Source: Octopus sinensis (taxonomy: Eukaryota). Taken from it: a stretch of DNA of 64,000 bases. A program made the position numbers and the translations under genes. The notes beneath the pieces are model-generated. The model searched no databases and was not told the DNA's origin. It saw only the letters and a list, made by a program, of their open reading frames with translations. Each line of letters begins with the position of its first letter. Position 1 is the first letter of the stretch. Shown piece by piece: positions 53,965 to 64,000 of the stretch. The DNA is taken from the NCBI RefSeq assembly GCF_006345805.1, contig NC_043000.1:24118001-24182000 (forward strand). Reading direction: 5' to 3'.

Positions 53965-54735
53965 TATTATTCAGTAGTTTTATTTTTTATAGCGTGCTTT
54001 CACTTCACTACCGAGCGCAGCTCTGTGTGCCTTGGGTATGTGCTGTGATTTGTTGTGATGCTCTGATGGTTATTGTATGGAAAGTGTTCTGTGTAGGATG
54101 TGTGCAGTGCCTAATAGTGCAATTTTCTGTATGTTATATGTGTTTGTAAGTCCTGGTGTTTTTGTTATGTATTTGTCTGAATATTTTTTTATCATGCCTA
54201 ATGCACCTACTATGATAGGAATTGTTTCTGTTTTTAGATTCCACATTCTGGTTACCTCCATTTCCAGGTCATTGTATTTTGAAAGTTTCTCCATTTCTTT
54301 TAGAGACACGTTGTCATCTGCCGGTATTGATACATCAATTAGAAAGCATTTTTTTCCTTCATGATCTCTGACAACTATATCTGGTCTGTTGGCCTTAATT
54401 TCTCTATCTGTGTGTATTGGCATATCCCAGAGTATGGTTGCTTTCTCGTTTTCTGTGACCTTTTCTGGTGTGTGCCTGTACCATCTTTTTTCTGTTGTTA
54501 TTCCATAATGTTGGCATAGCTTCTAGTGTATGTAGGTTCCAACTCTGTCATGTCTGTGAATATATTCCTTCTTAGCCAGGACTGGGCAGCCAGAGATAAT
54601 ATGATTTATTGTTTCTTGTCCATCTCCACATATTCTGCAGTTACTTGTTATATTTCTTTTCATTACATGTTTTTGGTAATTTCTGGTGGGGAGGCTTTGG
54701 TCTTGTGCTGCAATTAAAAATCCCTCTGTCTCTGC

Positions 54736-54737
<2 letters not shown>
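53965..54737 (-). mobile_element. R4/Dong-like element 3' part
   Basis: ETEGFLIAAQDQ, CRICGDGQETINHIISGC, RHDRV, ANRPDIVV, PIIVGALG. (ATT)n tracts on both sides. Confidence 0.9.
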
Positions 54738-54770
<33 letters not shown>

Positions 54771-54789
54771 CATTATTGCACAATGTAGT

Positions 54790-57598
54790 AAAGAACACAG
54801 GTACAAGATTTTCTGGGCAGGGAACACTGACGTGCTTGGTGGCATGGGTATACTTATCGCTAAGAAATGGGTAGATAAAGTAATTGAGGTAATCAGAGTA
54901 TGTGACAGAATACTTAAGATTAGATTAGTGCTTCATCATGGATTAGCAACCATTATATCGGCCTATGCTCCTCAGCCGGGGCTACCCGATGGACAGAAAG
55001 ACCGATTCTATGACACTCTACTGCAGACTACCTCGTTGACGAACGACAGAGACCTTCTCTTTGAGGCTGGTGACTTCAATGGTCACATTGGACGACATGC
55101 TGGGGGCTTCCATGGTGTACGTGGAGGCTATGGCTAGGGTTCCCGCAACGAGGAGGGAACCAGGCTGCTGGAGTTCTGCGATGCAAATGATTTTATGGTT
55201 TGCAACACTAACTTCAGGAAACCTACCAGCCACCTAGTCACCTACCGATCGGGCTGACATACCAGCCAAATTGACTACATCCTTGCCAGGAAAAGGGAAA
55301 GATGGCTGCTTATAAATGCCAAAACCTTCCCAGGCGAAGAATGTACCCCGCAACATAGACTGGTAGTTAGTGACTTTAGGATCAGGACTAAGAGGACAAC
55401 AAGAAGACGACCAACATTGAGAAGAAGGATCTGGAAGTTTAAAGATCCTGTGAATGGATAAAGATTTAGGGACATGTTACTTGAAGCCTTTAACGAAGCA
55501 GAAGGGGATAGAGTATCACATGGGGTAGAAGGCAACTGAACGTTTCCAAGGGACAACCTGCTGAGAGCCACTGACCAGATCTGTGGCTGGTGGAAAGTCC
55601 CCTCTCGTCCCAAGGTAACGTGGTGGTGGAACAATGTTGTAGACAGGGCTATTAGAGAAAAGAGACAGGCTTGGAAGGACTGGAAGAATGGTGGTAGCAG
55701 GGAATTGTATCAGATTGCCAAAAGGGAAGCTAGGAGACAGGTCTATCTAGCCAGAGGGGAAGCAGATAAGAAAAAATTTGCCAATGTTCTGTGCTGTGAG
55801 GACCAAAGACTGGAGGTGTTTCATGTTGCAAGACAGTGTGTGAGAGAGAATTGTGATGTGGTAGGAGAGAAATGTGTTCACATGGAAGATGGTTCACTCG
55901 CACTAAATGAGGATGCAAAGAGAGAGGTTTGGAGACGCCATTATAAAAGGTTGCTGAATAAAGAAAATGAATGGGATAAAGAGAGTCTGCTGAATGTCGA
56001 CCTAACAGAGGGACCAGCTATCTGAGTTGACAGTTCCTTGGTAGTTAAGGCAATTAGAAGCATGAAGACCGGAAAAGCCCCAGGCCCATCAGGAATCACT
56101 GCAGAGATGCTCAAAATATCTGGTCGTGTCGGCTATAGCCTAGTCACCCGTATAGTTAATCAGGTGATACACAAAGGAGTCGTACCCAATGACTGATGTA
56201 GCAGCATAATAGTCAACTGCTACAAAGGTAAAGGTGATGCCCTAGATACAAATAATTACAGAGGTATCAAGCTGTTGGATCAGGTAATGAAGGTTACGGA
56301 GAGGGTTATAGCCCAACTAATTAGAGAGAGAGTTAGTTTAGATGAGATGCAGTTTGGGTTCATGCCAGGGAAAAGTACCACGGATGCTATATTCCTGGTA
56401 AGGCAGCTGCAGGAGAAATACTTAGCCAAAGATAAGCCCCTGTACCTGGCTTTTGTTGACATGGAGAAAGCCTTCGACAGGGTCCCCTGATCCCTTATCT
56501 GGTGGTCAATGAGGAACTAGAGATAGATGAATGGTTAGTGAGAGCTGTGCAAGCCATGTACAGGGACACTGCTAGTAAGGTGAGGGTTGGCAACGTGTAC
56601 AGTGAAGAATTCTGGGTAGATGTAGGGGTCCACCAAGGCTCAGTCCTCAGCCCCCTCCTATTTATCATAGTCCTCCAGGCAATAATAGAGGAATTCAAGA
56701 CAGGATGCCCCTGGGAGCTCCTCTATGCTGATGACCTTGCTCTAATTGCTGAGTCACTATCAGAACTGGAGAAGAAGTTTCAGGTGTGGAAGCAAGGATT
56801 AGAATTGAAGGGCCTTAGAGTCAACCTAGCTAAAACCAAAGTCCTAATAAGTAGGAAGGTAGACAAATCACAAACGCCTTCAGGTAGATGGCCCTGCTCG
56901 ATCTGTAGAAAAGGTGTAGGTAGAAACTCTATAAGATGCACCAAGTATAAGCTATGGACACATAAGAGGTGCAGCAATGTCAAAGGAAGGCTAACTAAGA
57001 AGATAGTTTTTGTATGTAGCAGATGCTCAGGAGCAATAAACACTGAAAATGCTCTGAGACCAACTTCTGCCACATTCCAGGGAGAAAAACTAGAAATAGT
57101 TGATAGCTTCCGTTACCTAGGTGACCAAGTCAGTAGCGGGGGTGGGTGTGCTGAAAGTGTAACTGCTAGAGTAAGAATAGCTTGGGCAAAGTTCAGAGAG
57201 CTCTTACCTCTGCTTGTGACAAAAGGCCTCTTGCTCAGAGTAAAAGACAGACTGTATGACGCGTGTGTACGAACAGCCATGCTACATGGCAGTGAAACAT
57301 GGGCCGTGACTGCTGAGGATATGCGTAAGCTCGCAAGAAATGAAGCCAGTATGCTCCGATGGATGTGTAATGTCAGTGTTCATACTCGACAGAGTGTAAG
57401 TACCTTGAGAGAAAATCTGTACCTAAGAAGCATCAGTTGTGGTGTGCAAGAGAGACGTTTGTGCTGGTATGGTCATGTGGCGAGAATGGATGAAGATTGT
57501 TGTGTGAAAAAGTGCCACACCCTAGCAGTTGAGGGAACCTGTGGAAGAGGGAGACCCAGGAAAACCTGGGACGAGTTGGTGAAGCACGACCTTCGAAC
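54790..57598 (+). mobile_element. Largest RTE LINE copy (AP endonuclease plus reverse transcriptase), disrupted
   Basis: APE motifs GGMGILI, ISAYAPQ, GDFNGHIG, SQIDYIL. RT motifs GKAPGPSGI, NYRGIKLL, QFGFMPGKSTTDAIF, FVDMEKAFDRVP, GVHQGSVLSPLLF, LYADD. Several stops and frameshifts; ends at an (ATT)n tract. Confidence 0.95.
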
Positions 57599-57887
57599 TA
57601 TTATTATTATTATTATTATTATTATCATTATGAATATTAAGGTGGTGAACCGGCGGAATTGTTAGCATCCTGGGGAAAATTTTTAGCGATATTTTATGCA
57701 TCTTAAATTTCTGAGTTTAAAATCCCTTGTACTAAAATTTGAAACTGTTATTGTCATTAGGGTGGCAATGTTGTTGTCATTAGGGTGGCACACTGGGCAA
57801 GGTGCTTAGCCACATTTCGTCCACCTTTACATTCTGAGTTCAAATTCTGTTGAGGTTTACTTGGCCTTTCATCCATTATTATTATTA

Positions 57888-57923
<36 letters not shown>

Positions 57924-58907
57924 CATTATTATTATTGCCTTTGTGGAGGCGCATGGCTTAGTGGTTAGAGTGTCAGCATCATGATCATAAGATTGTGGTT
58001 TCGATTCCAGAACTGGGTGATGCATTGTGTTCTTGAGCAAAACACTTCAGTTCATGTTGCTCCAGTCAGCTGGCAAAAATGAGTAATGCTGCAATGGACT
58101 GGCATCCCATCCAGCTGGGGAACACATACACCATTGAAACCGAGAAACTGAGCCCATGAGCCTGGCTAGGCTAAAAAAGGCAGGATTTATTTCTTGCAAT
58201 GGCCCTGTGGTTAGGGCAGCAGACTTGCAGTCAGAGGATCGCGATTTCGATTCCCAGACAGGTCGTTGTGTGTGTTTATTGAGCGAAAACACCTAAAGCT
58301 CCACGAGGCTCTGGCATAGGGTAGTGGCGACCTCTGTTGTACTCTTTCGCCCCGACTTTCTCTCACTCTTTCTTCCTGTTTCTTGAGTAACACTGTGATG
58401 GACTGGCGTCCCGTCCAGCTGAGGGGAACACATACGCCACAGAAACAGGGAAACCAGGCCCATTAGCCTGGCTAGGCTTGAAAAGGGCACATACATACAT
58501 TATTGCCTTTGCACAGCTTCTAACGCTGGAGATGTGCTACAGTGTCAGCAGTTCACTACCAGTGAACTAAGGTAACACCTCTTATTTTTCGAGTGCCTTC
58601 CAGAGTATTCGAGTGATTCCAAGCAGTGTTGTTTTCTGCAAGTGCTCCACTCTTATTGTAGCCCCTATTTGTTCCACGTACTTCTCGAGAATTTTGCTCA
58701 CTGTTCCCAGGGCTCCTAACAATTATTGGTACTACTGCTACGTTTTTCATCGACCACAACTGCTTAACTTCCCAAGCTAACCTGCCATATCTCTCGACTT
58801 TTCTTTCTTCCTTATCACACACCTTGTTGTCAGCTGGGCATGCTACATCCTAGATCCAGCATAGTTTGTTTTCTTTCTCAATTAAGACTATGTCCGGCTT
58901 CCTATTC

Positions 58908-58987
<80 letters not shown>

Positions 58988-59620
58988 TGCATCTGGCTTA
59001 TAATGTATCATTAATTCATTTTTCTCAAAACTCCACCAACATGATAGAATTCTGTGACTTTATTTCCCTTTGCTCCTTTTCATGGATGTGGTGGCTGTGT
59101 GGTAAGTAGCTTGCTTAAGAATGATATGGTTCCGGGTTCAGTCCCACTGCGTGGCACCTTGGGCAAGTGTCTTTTACTATAGCCTCAGGCCAATCAAAGC
59201 CTTGTGAGTGGATTCGATAGACGGAAACTGAAAGAAACCCATCATATATATGTATACATATATGTATGTGTGTGTGTATATGTTTGTGTGTCTGTGTTTG
59301 TCCCCCACCCCTTAACATCGCTTGACAACTGATGCTGGTGTGTTTAAGTCCCCATAACTTAGCGGTTCGGCAAAAGAGACAATAGAATAAGTACTAGGCT
59401 TACAAAGAATAAGTTCTGAGGTCAATTTGCTTGACTAAAAGGCAGTGCTCCAGCATGACCACAGTCAAATGACTGCAACAAGTAAAAGGGTAAAAGAGTG
59501 TACATTTCTTCGTTTACATGTGTACTATATATTTTCTCTTAATTAACAATTAAATTGAATACAAATTTCAAGTTTACATTATTTTTAACTTATTCTGCGG
59601 TAAACTTCTTTACGTTTCAG

Positions 59621-59873
59621 ATTGGTTCATTTGGCAAAGAAAATGGTTTTACCCTTGATAAAACTAAAATGAAGCTTTATAATCATGATGGAGAGGAAAT
59701 ATCTGAATTGAAACTTGGGTGTTCTGAAAATGTTAATTGCTGCAATAACAGAACAATCCAGAAAGAACCCAAATCTTCAACTACTGATACTGGAGTTATT
59801 TTGGCTGCAGCAGGGTTCTTCCTTGTGATTGTTCTTATTGTCATTGGAGGACTTATGATATCAAAAATGAGAA
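59621..59873 (+). CDS. Exon 7 (end of VFT2, short Cys stub, single transmembrane helix); gene continues 3' of this exon
   Basis: Acceptor cttctttacgtttcag, phase 0. IGSF...L parallels exon 5 VGEY. Hydrophobic GVILAAAGFFLVIVLIVIGGLMI (59792-59860) is followed by basic SKMR. Donor A|GTAAGA, phase 1, with no stop codon. No downstream exon recognised in the window. Confidence 0.82.
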
Positions 59874-60044
59874 GTAAGATAGTTTTCCTCTCTTCTTTTT
59901 TCCTTCCCTCTCTTTTAATATTTAAAATCTTAATTTTTTAATCCGTATTTTCTTCACCTTTAACCCTTTTGAACTTACTAACTTCTCTTTCCTTTTCCTG
60001 ATTTTTTTTTTTTTATTATTGTCTCTTATCCTTCTTCCTACAAC

Positions 60045-60530
60045 GGCTACTACTACTACTACAACTACTGCTGCTGCTTCTACTACAACTACTACTGCTG
60101 CTGCTGCTGCTGCAATTACTACTACTACTACTACTACTGCTGCTGTTGCTACTACTACTACTACTGCTGCTGCTGCTGTTACTACTACTACTACTACGGC
60201 TGCTGCTGCTACTACTACTACTACTACTACAGTTGCTGCTGCTGCTACTACTACTGCTGCTGCAACTACTACTACTACTACTACTACTACTCCTGCTACT
60301 ACTACTACTCCTGCTACTACTACTACTACTACTCCTGCTGCTGCTGCTACTACTATTACTACTCCTGCTGCTACTACTACTACAACTACTGCTGCTTCTG
60401 CTACTACTACTACTGCTGCTGCTGCTATTACTACTACTACAACTACTGCTGCTGCTGCCATTAATACTACAAAAACTACTACTACAACTACTACTGCTGC
60501 TGCTGCTGCTCCTACTACTACAACCACTGC
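60045..60530. repeat. Compound (ACT)n/(GCT)n trinucleotide repeat in the intron after exon 7
   Basis: Interleaved act/gct runs that produce the low-complexity T/A, V/A, S and L ORFs in the track. Confidence 0.95.
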
Positions 60531-61402
60531 TTTGGCTACGAATTAGTGGATCAACCTTAGGCGTGAGCAAGTGTCTGTTACTGTGATGCATCAGTAAAAG
60601 AGTGGATGAAACCATTCCCTATATCATCAACAAATACTGTAGACTTGCCCAAAACAAATTATGGTGAAACAGTTAGGGGGCAAAAGTGTTACGTTGAAAC
60701 TGTGTGAAAAGTGGGGTTTAGAGTGATGCAAGACATACGATGAGCACAAACTGCAGGGAATTGTAGATTTGGAGACCTGAATTAAAAAGAATAATGATGA
60801 TGATAATGACGACGACAACAACAACAATAATAAATGCCCTGACGCAGTACCAGGCAGTGGCTCTCATGGCTTCTGATCTTAACTGATTGGAAGTATTATC
60901 ATGTACATTGTTTTGTCTTGATAAAGAAGGTGGGCTACAGCAAATATTCTGCTCAATACCACAGATTTGCTTGTCAGTTGTTTGACCTTAACCAGTTGAC
61001 CATGTCCTTTGGTGGCTGATGATATGTGCATCTCTGATCATGAGCAGAAGTAGTAGGGGAGCATCGTAGCCATGTGTTGAGAGGAATTCCTTGGGGTTTG
61101 AATAATTCATGTTTAGAAACATGGTTGTTTTGTTCATCATCCTTAAACAATCCTTATTCAGGGACCTTTTGAGTGGGATGGGCCTATTAACCTGAAGAAA
61201 ATTCTAACTGGGCCCCATCTACAAGATCATGTGCTGTTTATCTTGATATGTGATCACCATGTCACACACATATGGTTGTGATGCCTCTGCCTGGTGTACC
61301 CTTATCAGACGGGTAGTCATGATGGGCTTTGTATATTTTACCCCAGTGTCACTTTGATGGCATGCACTGCTCTCTCACTCAGTAATAATAATAATAATAA
61401 TA

Positions 61403-62555
61403 TGGAAGTTACTGCCTGGAGGAATTGCAGAAGAACTGTATAAATTTCTTGATGAGAATGATATATTATCAACAGAACAAAAAGGCTGTAGAAGGAGATG
61501 CAGAGGTACCAAAGATCAACTTTTGATAGACAAAATGGTAATGCATGATTGTAAATGAAGGAGAAGCCTGGATTAACTACCACAAAGCTTATGATATGAT
61601 TCCACATTCGTGCCTAGATCCGTTTGGAATTGTGAGGAATGTAAAATGGTTCTTGAAGAGAAGTATGGTGGGATGGAAAACTGAACTGATATCTTATGGA
61701 AGAAGCTTGGGCACCCTGGGTATCAGAAGAGGGATTTTCCAAGATGATAGCCTATTCTCACTACTTTTAGTTCTCTGTATGATACCTCTGACCTTGGTAC
61801 TTACAAAAAGGAACCTAGAGTACCAACTAAAGGGAAAATCCCAAACCATCAACCACCTCCTCTTCATGGATGATTTCAAACTGTATGGCAAAGATGAGAC
61901 ACAAGTGAGTTCCTTGGTGAACATGGTCCACTGTTTTAGTACTAATATTAGAATGGAATTTGGACTCAAGAAGTGCAGAATAATCTACCTAAAAAGAGGC
62001 AAGGTACAGTTCCTAGCAGGAATAGAATTACCAAATAGAGACTTGATTAAACAAATTGAAACGGAAGGATAGAAATACCTTGGTGTACTAGAGTTCAATG
62101 AGATAATGGAAAAGGAAATGAAATAGCAACTAAGAATGGAGTATTTCTTAAGACTGAGGTTGGTGTTGTGCTACAACAATGTGGCAAGAATGAGCCATTG
62201 GGAGCTCTGGAAATCACGGCCTACAAAGTGCAAAGATGTGGTATGAGCAAACTCTAGAAGGTGTAACCAAAAATGAGAATTACAAAATCCTGTGGGATAT
62301 AATGATCCAGTGTGATCGCCCAACAAGATATTGGAAACCAGACATTGTTGTGGTGAATAAAAATGAAAGAACATTTATAATAATCGACATAGCATGCCCT
62401 GGTGACAACAGATTTAATGTGAAAGAAGAGAAAATAAACAACTATGACAATTTGAAGTGGGAAATATGAAGGTTGTGGTCAATGAGGAGAGTAGACGTGA
62501 TACCAATAGTAATTAATGCACTTACAAGTATCAACACTCAATTATCAACATAGCT
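61403..62555 (+). mobile_element. R4/Dong-like element, RT fragment with internal deletion plus RLE fragment (other pieces at ~11125-11370 -, 11950-12180 -, 58500-58830 -, 63700-63985 -)
   Basis: EQKGCRR, DYHKAYDMIPHS, RGIFQDDSLFSLL, HLLFMDDFKLYG, FGLKKC, KPDIVV. Confidence 0.85.
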
Positions 62556-62952
62556 GAAAAAGATCGGTGTAAATGGCAGCCAACTCTATCATGTCTTGAT
62601 TTATACTCCACAGGTGTTAAGACTTTGCATCCAGCAGTAAGGTTTCTATCATATCATTGCAGAATTGGCATTTTGGATTTCCCTATTTTTCATCACATTG
62701 AATTGGTAGTGCTGGGTCAATAAGTTTTGATCTTGAACAGCTAAGATGCAGCCTTTGTTCTCAGCCTTTAGCCCTAAATAGAAAGATTGTCTTTACCTTC
62801 CCTGAGCCCATAGAAGTCGAGGCTTGATCCAATTTGAACTCTCCTACGAAACCACCATAATCAGACTGGCCAGATATCTTGAAACAACAAATGACTGAAT
62901 GCTAAAGCACATTGAATATCATGAGAGGCATAAGAAGCTTCAAGAAATGTGC

Positions 62953-63475
62953 CCATCAATACCCTAACTAGAAAGGGTATGGTCTGGTCAGCCTGTAATG
63001 ATATGCATAAGATCTGGTCATCAAATCTAAGTAGAGATTTCAAACTTAAAATCTTCAAAGCCACAGTCGAACCAATTCTACTATATGGCTCAGAAACCTG
63101 GATATTATCAAAGAAGCTTGAGAGGCGGTTGGATGGAGCCTACACTCGCTTCCTTATAAGAGCTCAAAATCTCTTGTAGAAGCATCATCCAACCAAAGCA
63201 CAAATATATGGGAGATTACCACCTGTATCATCTCTTGTGGAAGGTAGAAGAGTCTAGTTTGCTGGACATTGTTGTAGTGCTGAAAACAAGGTAATTTCTA
63301 CTCTTCTCGTCTGGAAGCCATCTGCTCACGATACCAGAGGGCGCACACTCTCCTACCCTGATGTAATCTCCAGGGATACAGGCATCCAGCAACAGGACCT
63401 CCGTAATGCTATGATGGACCATGAAGTCAGGCGTAACATAGTAAATTCCATTGTCTCGACCACGGTTGAACAATG
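62953..63475 (+). mobile_element. Same RTE/RTEX-like family, 3' fragment
   Basis: LTRKGMVWSACNDMHKIWSSNLSRDFKLKIFKATVEPILLYGSETW...VNSIVSTTVEQ*. Confidence 0.85.
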
Positions 63476-64000
63476 ATGAAGATTAGCCTTGAGCTCCATA
63501 GCACTGCTAGTTATGCTTCTGGTCTACATCAGCTTGTTTGCTACAGACCACATATTTGCCAGGCAGAGATTTCTCCTCCTTACTATTAGACAATTGCTTA
63601 TGCATTTTTTTCTTTACCATTAATTTCACATTCTTTGCAACAACAGTTGCCACACTTCCCTCAGATTGTTCAGCCTAGGTATCATGCATGAGATCAAGAG
63701 CACATTTCTTGAAGCTTATTATGCCTCTCATGATATTCAATGTGCTTTAGCATTCAGTCATTTGTTGTTTCAAGATATCTGGCCAGTCTCATTGTGGTGG
63801 TTTCGTAGGAGAGTTCAAATTGGATCAAGCCTCGACTTCTATGGGCTCTGGGAAGGTAAAGACAATCCACAAATGCCTTTGGGTGGCACATATTATTACA
63901 ACTCAGTAGCTTGTACGTTTTTCTGTCAATTTTCTTTACTTCATTAATATTTGAGTTCAACACATTGTAGCTATAAGTAACAACTGGATTTGCTAAAGAA

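Noticed and set aside
56502-57665. 387-aa ORF as a functional host gene or active LINE
   Set aside because: It is the RT C-terminal part of an RTE copy whose upstream portion has several stops and frameshifts.
57942-58270. tRNA-like sequences with A and B boxes
   Set aside because: They are SINE heads followed by SINE bodies, and no complete cloverleaf could be supported.
59922-60615. 199-201 aa Val/Ala, Ser and Leu-rich ORFs; mucin-like appearance
   Set aside because: All are frames of one trinucleotide repeat. A mucin stalk would also not be expected on the cytoplasmic side of the TM.

Overview
Repeat-dense, AT-rich animal genomic DNA. The SINE/LINE families and microsatellite style point to a cephalopod, most likely Octopus (inferred from recalled repeat families, not database-checked). 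The one host gene I can support is on the + strand, and I assembled it by hand from 7 exons: 15870-16152, 31661-31792, 36358-36515, 42760-43485, 45746-45972, 51053-52271, 59621-59873. All six introns are GT-AG with matching phases, giving an open 999-codon partial CDS. It encodes a signal peptide, two tandem mGluR/CaSR-type Venus-flytrap (VFT, ANF_receptor-like) domains, only a stub of the class C cysteine-rich domain, and one transmembrane helix. The CDS continues beyond the last exon found, so the cytoplasmic or 7TM part is not visible here. VFT1 has a degenerate ligand pocket; VFT2 keeps most amino-acid-binding residues. The rest is decayed transposable elements: RTE, CR1 and R4/Dong-like LINEs, tRNA-derived SINEs, mariners, non-autonomous Helitrons, Gypsy remnants and a piggyBac-type MITE. 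Non-coding highlights are hammerhead-ribozyme motifs from four unrelated sequence contexts (Penelope-type; one context has a confirmed GIY-YIG remnant), including a U3-A8 core variant, and several long inverted repeats such as a ~1 kb spacer-less palindrome. Alignments were done by eye and repeat boundaries are approximate.
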